A stretch of DNA of 64,000 bases from Chiloscyllium plagiosum (lineage: Eukaryota): contig NC_057742.1 of the NCBI RefSeq assembly GCF_004010195.1, forward strand, positions 21,696,287 to 21,760,286, read 5' to 3'. Positions 25,600 through 39,600 of this stretch are shown here, piece after piece. How positions within the stretch are numbered: position 1 is the first letter of the stretch; each line of letters starts with the position of its first letter. Made by a program: the position numbers and the translations under genes. The notes under the pieces were generated by a model. That model saw only the letters and a program-made list of their open reading frames with translations. It ran no database searches and had not been told where the DNA came from.

Positions 25600-25965
25600 T
25601 AAATGTGATTGTGATACCATCAGATCAGTAATCTGAGACCCAGGCTAATGATCTGAGGATACAAATATAAATTCCAACACAGCAGCTGGTGGAATTTATA
25701 TTCAATTAATCGTTCTAGGATTGAAAAACTAATCTCAGTATAGTGACTACTGTGAGAATTTTTTTTAAAAAATCACTATTGCCCATTACGGAAGGAAGCC
25801 TGTGGTTCCCATTTGGACTGGTTTATATGTAATTTGTACCCACAGAAATATGGTAGGCTATTAACTGAAGTGATTTAGTAGTTACTCAGTATAAAGTGCA
25901 ATTAGGGATGGTCAACAAATATTGGCCTTGCCAGTGATGGCCACATCCCATGAATGAGTAAATTA
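25600..25965 (+). mobile_element. Shark tRNA-related SINE with LINE-derived 3' tail
   Basis: gcagctggtggaattt...ggaaggaa...ggccttgccagtgatggccacatcccatgaatga; related copy on the minus strand at 56010-56285. Confidence 0.6.
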
Positions 25966-26273
25966 AAATGTCACATGAATCAAGTAAATGAATACTCATT
26001 AATTTTTTTTAAAAAACAGTCCACAAACATGTAGCTTCATGCATGTATGCTCTTAACCCCAACTCTCAAATGATATAGAAAGGATATAGAAATTAATATA
26101 GAAAGTCAATACATTTATTAACAAAATGTACTGTTATCAATAGTATTTTGATGGTTTTTTTTATTTGCATGGTCATGCACTAAAACCAGGTATTAATGAC
26201 GATACAATTATGCAGACTGATTGCACTTCAATCTAGTTCTGTGGAAAATCTGATGTAAACACATTTTTATCAA

Positions 26274-26540
26274 AACATTGCATTTCCTGCACTTTGTAAT
26301 TTTGTTTTGCATTTCTGAGTAAACGTTGTACAAAAGGATAGATTACTTCCTACATGAATTGCTAGGAGACTTTCATTTGCTGTTCTGATCTTGTTTAAAC
26401 CTGGCTTCCACGTATTAATCGTCTTGGAAAATTGGCAGTGACCAGGGACTTTCAGACAAGAAAACAACAGTCAATGGCAACAATATAATGCTGAGACTGC
26501 TGTTTGCATGTCATCTTGTTGTTAATAAAAGAAAACCAAA
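26274..26540 (-). repeat. Right copy of ~275-bp inverted duplication
   Basis: Reverse complement of 22840-23115. Confidence 0.9.
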
Positions 26541-28299
26541 TATCAAGGATGAGTTTAAGAGTAAGTGTTGGCCAAGTGTGCAGTTAGGTCTATATGCTTA
26601 TTTTGACTAACAAAGAGGTGAAGGAAGGTAGTAAATTTATTTTTTAAAAAACTTTAGAAAATACTATGGCATGAAATTCTAACAGCTTCTCAAATAATAC
26701 TTTAAAAATTTTTTGACAACTTAAAAATAGCATGAAATCTTAACATATACTAATGCCCTACTAGGATTGAAGTATAAACAGAATTCTGTCCTCTGAGTTG
26801 AGTGGTTTTTCACTAAAAACATTAAATAATCAACTTTATTTTGCTGAATGACCATTTTCAAATGTGATAGGTAACATATTCACTCATTCTCTAAAACAAG
26901 ATCTACCTTTCTTTGGGTTTATTGGTTTAACAAAGGGGTGTGCATCGGCATCCATGGTAGGATTAGACGGATTGTAAAATCAGCATTGAATAATGATTAT
27001 GTAGTTATACAAATAAATAATTTCCACAGAAAAGGGAACCTACTTAGTCAAAAGCAGTAGCTCAAAACTTCTAGCATGGATTTGGTGGAGCTTTTCTACC
27101 ATAGATACTTGAACACTTAGTATCATTACCGAATAAATGCTATGTCCAATAGTCGAAAAGAAATAGAAAAACACACCTGGAATAAATTTGATAAAATTAG
27201 GAATGGAGTTTTGGAGAGTGGGGGAAAGTCTCCATTGTTAATGGAGGCAAAGGGATCACCACTGAAGACCAAACCTATTAACTGTGATACCTTACCCGAC
27301 TCTGCTACCCTCACCCTGTGTGACCAAAAGGTATTTACTCTGTTTCTGTTTAATCCTGATTTTCCAGTGATGAATCCAGCCAGACGCTGCTGATGGGATC
27401 TAGTGTAAAGGTTTATGATGCAATAAGACGTTTAACAGTCAGCTCTTCAATGGTTGCCTGGAGCTTGATCAGCTTCCCCACTGGTGGAGTCAGTCAGCCC
27501 TGAAGATGCTCACCCCATACGTAATACTCTAAATCTTGCCTGATGTTCCATGTGCACTTTTTGCCCATCCTTTCAAGTGTGATTACATACTGAGGGAGTC
27601 AGGCATTATCAATCCAGCAATTAGAGTCTAACATGCCTGAGATTAGCAGTAAATCAGTCAGGAACTGCTGGGGGATTGACTGGAATCTGGTGAATCATCA
27701 GTCTGTGTTGACGTTCCAAATCAATAAGAGATTTGGGAGACTATCAGCCACAGGAGTATGTACACTACAAGTCAAAGGATTGTTATTACAGACTAGAATT
27801 ATGTGGGTAGAGTGGGGTTGGTTGGGGGGCCGGGGAGGTGGTGGTAGTGTGAAGTTAGGGAAATCAAATGCAAGGGTACAAAGGGACACATCTCAACAGA
27901 TGTCTCCCTTATAAGGCTGGGAACACATGGAGAACTGTGGTGGTCAGCTGTTGCTCATCACCACAATCCTGGTTTCACTCAAGAGTCAATGTGCCACTGT
28001 GGTAGATCTGGGACATGGGGTTAAATGAGAGAGATAAAGAGTTAAATAAGAGGAATGGTTTGTAAAGTTGGGAGGCTGAAACCTGATGGGGTTCACAGAC
28101 AATGCAATACAGAAAGGTTAAGGTTGGTGTGGAGGGCATGAGAATAGCAGGTGAAGATGGTAGCTTATTCTCTGGAATGCTAGATGTGATGCCACCTTTA
28201 TCTGAATCACAATGAAAATGAAAAATGGCTACCAGCAAATCCAGACTGGATACAGTAAACATGTGATGTGGAGGACACTGTCACCTTTTGCTATAAATT

Positions 28300-28403
28300 G
28301 TCTTATAATCCACATCCACCTGATGAAGGAACAGTGATCTGAAAGCTAGTGCTTCCAAATAAACCTGTTGAACTATAACCTGCTGTTGTGAGATTTTTAA
28401 CTT
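28300..28403 (+). mobile_element. Family B element, single arm with hammerhead core
   Basis: cacctgatgaaggaacagtgatctgaaagctagtgcttccaaataaacctgttg. Confidence 0.8.
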
Positions 28404-30309
28404 TAATGTTGTCTGTAGGAATCGACTTGACTTGTGTGATCTGAGGACCTTCAGGGAGTTATGGAATTAATCAGGCACCCACATTCCAGCTCAAAGCCAT
28501 CAGCAATCACATAATTCTGCTTGTGTACCACATAGTGACCCTCTGTGGATACAAATCCTGAGCACATTCAATCCCATCACATTACTCATTACAAATCAAT
28601 CCTGGTAATCTGTGAAACACAGGTAATCTGTAAAAGGGCCAACTGCAGTACATAATTCACCCAGGGTACCAATTTTCTCTTTTCTGTTGTGCCTGGGCCA
28701 AATAAAACAAACCTTGCCAGGCTTCTCCATACTGTCACCATGTGACCTAGTGCACAACTGCCTTTTACATATGGTGTCAGTACCTGGAATCCCAAGATGT
28801 CTTGGCAATGGCAAGTATTTCTGCCTACAGCATGTGGGAGAATACAACAAATCATATGCTATAACATCATTGTGCATAGTTAATGCAATGAGTTTGGCAA
28901 GATAACATGAGAAAACAGAACTCTTATGGAGAGACATTTCATTAAACTTGCTAAAATTGACACTTAAGGCAATTTCTGGCAAGATTGAACTTGCCTGAAT
29001 TTTTTCCCTGATGTAACAAGTAGAGATTGTGTTCAGATCCATTCTTGAACCAGATATTTCTCATTGTTGTAAAAGATACCCGAAGGTAACATTAGTCTAA
29101 TCCCACACTTATTGGGACCATGATAAAAACTATTCCATGACCAACATGACAGTCTAATTTCTAATGTGTTATGTTCTAATTTACATGGTGTATAAAGTTG
29201 AATATTTAGTATTTCATAACATTTAATCATGTAAAATTTAATCAGCCTTATTTTAATTTGGTACAATGCTCAATATTGCATGATGCTTTGATGCAATGCA
29301 GCATGAAGAAATGCTCTAGAATTCTGAGAAGCAACCACAACATTATTTCATGAGAAAAGGAGCAATGAGAAAGAACCGGAGCATGAGTTTGTCCTTTCTT
29401 AGTCGATATTCACAATTTGTCCAGCAATTTATTCACTTGACTATACAAATATATCAGATCAATGCATATTATGAAATATCAATAATGCCAGAGGGGTTTT
29501 CTTCCTTACAGCAGAGACACCCTAGAGCCAAACATACAATTGTTAAGATTTGATTCCTCCTCTCCAGGTTTTTCTGCCCTTTCCCGAAAATTCAGACTCC
29601 TTAATTCCATTAGTATCGACTGTTCTTGTAGCGCAGCCACATTTCTATGCTTCCAATTTGTATTTAAAGTTTATTAGGCAACTGCGAATCTAAGTAGTAT
29701 CACAGCTAAGTATACTGATATTATCACCCTCATAAGACCAATGTTCAAAGTTAAAATTCTTTTGCTCTGTAGATTCTGCTACTTTTAAAATAATTACAGT
29801 AACTGAGCTGGCTAAGATTTCAGAGACTGGCACTAATGTATTTTCAATTGGTCATCTGATATACTGTATTTTTGATATGTTTTTTGAATGACTTAGTGGT
29901 TTGAAGTAGGCAGTGTAAATAACAAGGATATAGGAACTTGTTGCTAGAAAATTAGTAATAGTGACTAATGGGCTGTACGTGGAATATCCATATTCCACAA
30001 AATGAAAAGTAAAAAAAACAAACTATAAAGTAAATTATATGGCTTATGTACACCACACAATTGGTCAGAGACTTACATCAGATTAAAATCATAATTTGCT
30101 CTGACATATTCAAAGAAATAGGATCAGAAAACAAACAAAATACACTTTGCAAGAAATCATTTAAGGGTAAAGTTGCACCTAATCTACAAAATGTCAACAG
30201 TAATTACTTGAATTACCAGCAAGGAAGGCAGTTTAAAGCAATTTGCTAAAGTCACATTCAATAAAAGAATTCTATATTCTCCAGATTGGAAACAATGTTT
30301 CTTTTGTAT

Positions 30310-33300
30310 AATAATCAGAAATCCTAATTTTATTGTACATGATTAAAAGTCTGAGGGTACTCTGTCACTTGCATTTCAATGTGTAATCAATATTCTGTAG
30401 ATATGATGGATTATTTCTTCCTTGATCAAACATACTGGAAGTAATGAACCTTGTACAGCCTGGCAGAACAGCCACACCCCAGTTGTTTTTTTTGCTGACA
30501 GCTGCTGTTACTAATCTCATTAACATCGAAAGGAAAAACAGGACCTTAAGTGCCTTTTCATAAAAAAGATAACTGTCATATCAACAAAACTAAAAAATGC
30601 ATCACGTGGATGATTCATTTGTAGAACTTGATTGATTGAATATTTCACTGACATAACAATAGAAACACATCCAGTATCTAACTCATGTTTAATTAGCCAG
30701 TTTATAATCAAATTCATGAAGCAGCTCTGGGTGATCTGGGGAGGGGAAAGGAGAAATAAAATAGGAGCAAATTACTGCAGATGCTGGGATTGGAACTAAA
30801 AACAAAAAAAAAAATCAAAATGGTTCAAGTAGCATCCATGGAGAGAAAGCAGGCTAATGTTTTAAGTCTAAATGACTCTTCATCAGAGCTGATGAAGAGA
30901 AATAAAATATTTTGGATAAAGAACCTACTCAAAAATAAAGCTCGTTCAAATGATCCAGCTTATTGCTTGCTCAAATATTTAGATACAATTTAAAATTGAT
31001 AACTATTACTTTTTATTTTTACTTTAATACTTCAGGATTTATACAAGCCATTAATATTTGTACGTTTTCATTCCTGCGCATGAAAAGTTCAGCAACTTCA
31101 AAACATAGTCCACTCTTTATATATATTCTCTTCCTGTGAGTAGCATGTGAAGCTTCCATTAGTGAAAACCCAATTTAAATCAATTGGTACCATTACTTTG
31201 GTCATTATTCGATATCAAAAAAAAAGGAACTTTGGTGAATCTGCCATGAACAGTGTATGCAAACTTTCAGCAGTATTCACTACATAATCAAACTTCTTAC
31301 AGTACATTCAGTCCATTGCACCAGTTCTATTACCTAGCGCCTTTTCCCAAATCCCTGCGTACAATTCGTATCCAAATAGTCCATCTAATGCCTCCACTGA
31401 ACTGGCATTCGCCATATTTCCAGGTCCTACAACAAGCTGAAGGATATCCATACTTTAATTTAAATGACTAGAATAATCTGTCATGTAGGTGAAGATTATA
31501 CATCATTTTTACAATTGTAATTATGATGATTCAAAACCTTGCACAACTCAAATATGAGTGGATCAGATAAAGTTATCAATTTGATTTTTAAACGATTGCC
31601 AAAAGTTTGAATTTTTAACCAAATTTGGAAAGTTAAAGTTTGATAAGAATAAAAATTAGGTCCTTAAAACAATCATATTGTACATGATATATTTCCAAAG
31701 ACATATATAATGCTGAGGAGTACAAATATACAATGATGAGCTACAGAATTGTGAAGAATAAAGTCAGAGCTGGTAGTAATCTCACACAACCAAAGACAGT
31801 GGTTGTGCGTTAAGTAAATTCACATTAAAATTAGAAATGTGTTTAATCTTCCCAAAACGAATTATTTTAAAATCAAACAAGGTTGAAGTTTAATCAATCA
31901 TTTTAGGATCTACAAGATTTGTGCTCTAATGTTTAAAAAAAACATTTGCATATTGCAACAGCTGAACAATTTAAAAGACTAACAATTCACTTTTTGTTAA
32001 TAAACACATCTTTGGCACATTTTACATCAAGCACATGTACAGATTTACACGTAATGTATATACAGATAAAAGAAACATGTAGCATTCCACCAGTACACTT
32101 ACTAGAAATGAAGAATTGGCGATAGACCATCTACAGTTGATATAGAGGTAGTATAAATTTAGGGAGCAGATTGTTGCAAAACTGAAGGACAGTTGAGATT
32201 TAAAGAAAAAATAAATTTGGACAGCATTTCAAATAGGATTATAAGGGATAATAGCAAGGCAAAGGGAAATAAACCAAGGAATGAAGGGTTCTAAGAATTT
32301 AGTGGTCAAAAAAAAGCTTACATGGGCAAACCTACACTATATAAAGGTTGTAACACTGAACTTCATCACAATTTAGAATATTAAAAAAAAGGTTCAAAAT
32401 ATTCTGTTAAGTGCTTATGATATATGATTTATCTGACTTTGGAAAAATTCCAGCATTGATTAACCAGAAAGATAAAGGTTGAAGGGGCCGAGTGAACGTT
32501 ATATTTCAAGTAATTTAAATAAAACCAATTAACAAGGAATATTCCCTGTACTAGAAAAACGCACAACAAGATATAATCTCAGAATGGAGTTAACCTAGGA
32601 AACCCTTCTTCCCATGAAAAAGATTTAAAGCAGAGCTTGATTAAAATGTCACTGATACAAAATCAATACTGGAAATTAAAAGGACCTGAAAATGGCAAGA
32701 AACCGGAGGTATGAAGCCCTAAGAAAAATAATAAAGGTAGTGAGACAAACTGAATTTCAGAACTATTTCTAAATTTCAGAGTTTAATTCTATCTGAACTC
32801 AAAGTAGTCCAGGAATCAGTGGCGGATAGAGATTTTATAATCACCTATTCATAGAAGGTAAACACATACATCCCTAAAAAGATGCAAATTTAACTCACTT
32901 AATCATACTATCTGTAAGCTACTTTAAATGCATTTTAACTTATTGGTTTGTTAAATGTCATCACTTAATCGATAATGTGCACAGTACATGGTTGTATTTT
33001 AAGCTTCAAGTTTGAGACATTTCTTCTTTGTAATGTATGGCTCAGAATTTGAATTCTCAGTGAGAAAAAGCCCAGATTACTCTGGACCACTGATATTTCT
33101 ACTTACACTCCTAATTTAGAATTTAAACCAGAATATTAATGTTACATAATGTTCTTTTAAAAAATAATCTGACACTTGAAGCTTAAATACTAAACAATGC
33201 CACTATTTTCTCTCCCCACAATAAATCAATCAAGATCTCTTGACTCTCGACAGTAATATTCTGCAAAAGTGAAATAAGACAAAGATTTCTTTCGAATCAA

Positions 33301-33465
33301 CTCTATGTTAATCATTTGAGAAGATTCCTCATTTTAATTATTGCTTCAATATTATTAAATGCTCGAAAGAGCCATTCTGTAGTCTTAAAAATCCCATGTC
33401 ATGACTGATTGGACAGAGAATCATTTTCATTCTTTTCTGTAGAAATGAACTTATGAGCTCATGCA
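30310..33465 (-). other. Probable long 3' UTR of PDK2 with candidate poly(A) signal
   Basis: AT-rich, almost repeat-free stretch after the stop codon. AATAAA on the minus strand at 30329-30334 directly follows TGTAC; another candidate lies near 31012. The true end is not determinable. Confidence 0.45.
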
Positions 33466-33609
33466 TCATTGCTGAATCTTGTGCGCAGCCATGTTCTTTG
33501 GATCACTGCTAGGTACACACCAATCGTCAGCCTCGTGGCTATGTTGGTAATGTCGCCAAGCAGATTTGTTATAAACTGGTAGCCTCTCTACTGAATCTTT
33601 CGATAGAGC
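33466..33609 (-). CDS. PDK2: PDK2 coding exon 11 (terminal, stop TGA)
   Basis: [47 protein letters not shown]; CAG acceptor. Confidence 0.95.
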   Translation of the reverse strand, partial: ALSKDSVERLPVYNKSAWRHYQHSHEADDWCVPSSDPKNMAAHKIQQ

Positions 33610-36600
33610 CTGAAAGGGAATGTAAAAATACTAAATTAGTAAATATACAATTTGAGTAAACATGCAAATTACTTACCAAAAATCCACTTAAGCTAATTGA
33701 AAAATAAAACAACAGAAATTAAAATGCACTGCCTCAATAGATTTTTTTTCTGGCAGGGAATTGTAAACTTTCAAACTCAACATTTGTCTACTTTGCTCAA
33801 AGTAGTCAATGTTGACAGTACAAAGTGACTAAACAGTGCTTTTAGTGTTTCCTAAGTGCAAACTGATGGACTGAAAAAAATTGCTTCTCTCTTCAGAATA
33901 AGACATTATCGATAGTCTCAGTCAGCCCTGGACCAGGAACGACAGACAGAGATAGTAGAATGAATCACAGCACAACTCCCCAAATTTGAAATATTACACA
34001 TCCCACCAGAACGTATTCAGAAAACAAAATGAAAATCTGTACCAATAAATTTAAGGGTTACCATGCACATAGTATTTGAGTCGTAATTTGGAATGTTAAA
34101 AATACCTTTTTAACCATATCTCAATCAGCTGTCACTATTTACAAAAGGGTTTGGAAGAAAATTTGTCACCATTGTTGTTTCTCTTATCTGATGTTTTAGT
34201 CATATATAAGTTACTCAAATCTAACTAATGTGCATATAGTTAAGCTATGAGAGTTGAAACTTAAATGTGTTACAATTCTCTTTTCTTGGACAGGTGTCAC
34301 AGTGACTGCAATTTTCCAAAATTCTATTTTACAGAAAGGACATGGGACTTCTTGTCTGGATAAAACTAGAATCTCCTCTCTGAAAACAACATAATGGTGA
34401 AACTAATTTAAACTTATCACAGTGCATGCCAATCAATTTTAATAATCCTCGATAAAAGATAAAGTTCATTGTTAAAAATCTGACATTTCGTAATCACATC
34501 AAAACTATATTAAATACCGTCAGCAGGATGCTGCAAGAAAAAGTAGGTGTCAATTCACAATTATCCACATGTATACAGCAATGGCCATGCACTAGAAGCA
34601 TTCAAGAAACTGACACCAATTATTGCTCAGATCTGATTTGCCGGGCTGCAAGGAGACAAAGCTAAATGTTTAGGATTCCTTAGCCAACAGGTAGTAAAAC
34701 ATTGTTGCAATAGGTAATTTTGTCAGTATTTGAACATAAATATCAGGGTTCAGAGACTGTCTGTTTTAAAAAATGCTCAGACTTAGTCCAGTTTAGTAGT
34801 GAAACCAACAAATGCTGAAGATCACAGCAGGTCAGACAGTGTCCATAGAAAAAGAGCTCTTCAGAGCTTTGAAGAAGAGTCATCTAGAGTCTCCATGGAT
34901 GTTGTCTGACCCGCTGTCATAGTCAGCATTTGTTGTTTTCAGTATAGATTCCAACATCTGCAGTAATTTGCTCCAGTTTAGCAGTTCTGTCCTTGCTATT
35001 GCACTAACTGTATACAATTAAGGCTAATGGTTTCATCTTAGTTTAAACATTTATTTGAATTAGACAAAAAGAACACATAACCAAAACCAGAAACACAGCT
35101 TTTCATCTGTTTTGAATCATCAAAATTTTGGAAACAGTTCTAGACCCATTCATTAAAAGTTCAACTTTTTTGTACCAAAACCAAAAATTTACATAATCAC
35201 AAGTAAATTTCTAATTGAAACTGCTTGTACGTTACTTTTTGCATTAAAGAAAGTAATAAGGTTTGATTGCAAAATAATAAAAACAATTAATAAAAAGATG
35301 GAACAAGATAGAGGTCAAATGATATCACTAAATTATAAATCTTTCAGCTGAACTCCAAACAATGCATGTGTTCAATGAGACAGAAGCTGACTTGAACTAG
35401 TGGCAAATACACAACAAATACCCCACTAGAGTACCATGATCGATGGCTCAATTTCTCGTGTAACAAGGTCTAGTGTGGGCTGTGGGATTTTCATAAGTAC
35501 GCTATCAGTTCTAACACAAACCTTTAAAATTTACTATATGTAAAAAAAGCTTTGGATTTGGGGAAGAAAAAGGGAGCCAAGAACATTCCACAGACCAAAC
35601 TGTGTGTGTGAATACTGACCCAGAAATATTGTGGCCAACCCACAGCCATCCATACAGCCAAACTAATGCCTGCCACTTTATAGATTTCAATAATACACTA
35701 AGTTATTGGAATTCTACTCCACCTCTTTCTCTCAATTTAGATTACCTCATAAATTCTCCATTTACATAGTACTGACTTGTAGCACAGTTTTCCATTATTT
35801 AGATCTTACACTATGCAATTCAAATTCAACCAAAGAATTTGGAGAGCTAAAAGGGGTCACAAAAAGTCTTTGGCAAACAGGATTAAGAGGGTAGCTAGGG
35901 AAAAGGGCAAGTCCACTCAAGAACACAGAAAGGAATTTATGCATAGAGCTGGAGGAAATGGGTGAGGTATTTTGCATTGGCATTCACAGAGAAGGAGGAT
36001 ATGGTGGATGGTGAGTCTTGGGAGGGGTATGATGATATTCCAGAACATATCAATATAAAAATTGAGGTTTTGGGAGTTTAGAAAAAACATTAAAAGTTAG
36101 CCAAGTCTCCAGGATATGATTGGATAAAGCCCTGAATGCTGAAGAAGGCAGGTGAGGAAACTTCTGGGTCCTCTTTAGTCACAGTAGAAGTCCCAGAGGA
36201 GTAGAGAATAGACAATCCTGTTTCTTTGTTTGAGGAGGGCAACAGGGATAATCTGGGAAATTACAGGCTGGTGAGCCATAAATGGTAGGGAAATTACTGG
36301 AGAAAATTCTTAGGGCTAGGATTTACTCACATTTGGCAGAAAATGGACTTATTAGCGATAGCATGACTTTGAGAGGGAAGGTCACATCTCAAAAACTTGA
36401 TTGTATTTTTGAATAAGTGACAAAGATAATTGGATTAGGGCAGAGTGGTAGATGTTGAAGTGGATTTTAGCAAGACGTTTGACAAGGTCCCTCATAACAG
36501 GCTGATACAAAAGGTGAAGTTACATGGAATCTGTGGAGAGCTTGTAAGATGAAGACAGAACGGACTTATTCACACATGACAGAGTAGCAGTGGAAGGGTG

Positions 36601-39600
36601 TTTTTCAGATTGGAGATCTGAAGCCAGTGGTGTTCCACAGGTATTAATATTGGGACCCCTGTTGCTTGTAATATACATAAAATGATTTGTAGGAGAACGT
36701 AGATGGCCTGATTAATAGTTTCGCAGATAACACAAAGATTGGAGGAGCTATGGATAGTGAGGAATGCCAGAGAATACGGTAGAATATGGAATGGCTAGAC
36801 ACTTGAGCAGAGAAATGGCAGATGGAGTTTAAATGAAACAAATAAGACGTGATATATTTTGGAAGATATAATCCAGGAGGGAATTATACAGTATATAGCA
36901 GAACCCTTAGTTGCATCAACATATAGGGGGGGATCTAGGAAGACAGTTCCTTGACAGTGGCAAACAAGTGGATAAGGTGGTCAAGGCAGCATATGTTATC
37001 TTGCCTTCATCAATCGGGGCATAGAGTATTAAAAGTTGGCAAATCATATTGCAGCTGTATAGAACTTTAGTTAGGCTACATTTGGAATACTGTATTTTGT
37101 TGTGGTTGCCACACTACAAGAAGGATATGGAGGTTTTAGAGAGAGTGTAAAGATTGTTTACCAGGATGTTGGCTGGTTTGGAGGGTAATACCTAGGAGGA
37201 GCAATTGAACAAACTTTGTTTCTTTTCACTTGAACAACAAAGGATGAGGGAGTAATCAGATAGAAGTTTATGAGAAGCACAGAGGGGATGAATATTCAGA
37301 CTCTTCTGCCCATGGTAGAAATGTCAATTAGTAGGGAACATAGGTTTAAGGAAAAAAGGACGCAAATTCGAAAGGAGATAAGAGACATGTTTTTTTTAAA
37401 AAACACAGGTGGTGGTAAGTGTCTGGAATACTCTGCCAGAGACACTGATGGATACGTACACAATAGCAACGATTAAGAGGCTCTTGACAGATAAATGACC
37501 AAGCAAGGAATAGAGGGATATGGACAATGTCGAGGAAAAAGGTTTTTAAGTTTAGAAAGGCATCACGTGGACGGAAGGGCTTGTTACTGTGCTGTACTGT
37601 TGTTTGTTCACCATGTTTTGCCTGACCTTGCTCTCCTTATTTTTCTGTACTGAGAGTATGAAAAAAAAACCTTAAAATCTTTAATCCCTCTTAATTCTCA
37701 GTTCACTTTTGTGTTTCATTACACCAAACCAAGTATAAAAATGTAGTTTTCCCATTGTTGACTACAGTTCTGTCAAAATCATGCAACAACTGAATTGCAC
37801 ATTTATTTCACAATAGATTTGGCTAGTTTAACTAATACAATGTTAAGCAAATACTTAAAGTTTCTATATTCAAAATTAGATTTACATTACAGAAGTACAA
37901 TGTGTGGTTACTAAATTTTATACCTTTCACCTCTATTTCAAGTAACACTACTGTAATTAAAGTTAAAAGGTTGTGGGTTCAAACCACACTCGAGACTCAG
38001 TCACCTCATTCACACTACACCTCAGCAGAGTAACAAGGAATGTTTGCAGTGTTGGAACGGTTCTCTTTTGCGATGAGAATTTTAATCATGATCACATCTG
38101 CTTACTTAAGTGGTTACAAGAAATCCCATGGCACCATCTGAAGAAAACAAAGGGTATTCATGTGGCTAATATTTACCCCTCCATTTGAATTTTACTTTCA
38201 CAATCTACTGTCAAACAGCATTAAACAATGTTTTTGTACACAGTGACCGCACTGTTTGCATTTCAATGTGAAGCTCAAAACAGAACAAATTGATACAATT
38301 TGCCCCCAAAAGAAAGCAGATGTTCACCTTTAAATAAATGACTGCATCAGTTCCATAACCCTCCATGGAATAGAGCTGAAGATCTCCCTGAAAATACTTG
38401 GCATAAAGTCTTGAAATAGGCAACCCATAGCCAAAACCAGCCTGAAAATGTAAAAGTGTAGAATGAGTAGACTACATTTGCAAAACAAAATTCATTAATA
38501 CCAATTAAGAAAAGAACACAGTATACAGAATGTGTTCAGAAATAGAAATAATATATGAATAAAACATACCAGTGGTGTACCTCTAGAGCTTCCCAAGTGT
38601 GGTGTGGGAGCTGTGCTATACATGTAACTAAACAGCCGGTCTATCTTACTCAGAGGAACACCACCACCTTTGTCACTCATCTGTAAGAAACAGAGAAAGC
38701 AGATGATGATTAAAAAATGATCCTCATATTGAAGATTTTATATTCATGATCAACATGCTGTATCCATGGGATGACTAGAATAAGAATAAATGGAACTGCG
38801 ACAACACACTCCAGTGGAAATGCATTTTTTTTCATAACATCTGGTACACTTTGTTAGAAGCTGAATTGTCAGTTTAGACATCCTGTTTGCTGTCTTACAG
38901 AGTGCAGGCATAAAGTAATTCCAAAATGCACAATATCAAGAATTTTCACCTTAATTGTGACATCTTCACTGCCCAGTGCAACTTTCACTTTGATAGATGG
39001 AAGGCAAGAACTGGATTCATAATTTTCTACAGTGGCTCTCATGGCATTCTTGAATAAAAATAAAAGATGTCACTGATTATTTTCACTTTTTTGGAAACAA
39101 TGCAAAAAATGACATTCATTGACAGGCAGAAAGTACTAAAAATCCATTAATTAAACACAAAATAGTCACACTACTACCAAAACGAATATTTTTTAAAAAC
39201 TGATTAATAATGTTACCAAACATAAAATGTGTGCATGAGAACAATTTTACTATATTTAGAAAGCTATACTTTCCAACAGGATTACTGGTTTATTAATATA
39301 AACAAAGGGATAGAGAAACTCAGCTGGTTTGACAGCATCTGTTAAGACAGAAACTGAGTTAATGTTTTCGAGCGTGACTTTGAAGAGTTCAAAGAACATT
39401 AATTGGACTGAACATTAATCCTGGACTTGAAATTATTAACTGTGTTCTCCCCACAGATGTTCCCAGATTTGCTGCGTTTCTCCAGCATCTTGTGTTTTTA
39501 CTTCAGATCTCTAGCGTCCATAATACTTTGCTTTTATTAGTAGCGTATTTAAAAGTTAATAAATAAGGTACATAACATCCACTGTAACAAGAAATACAAC

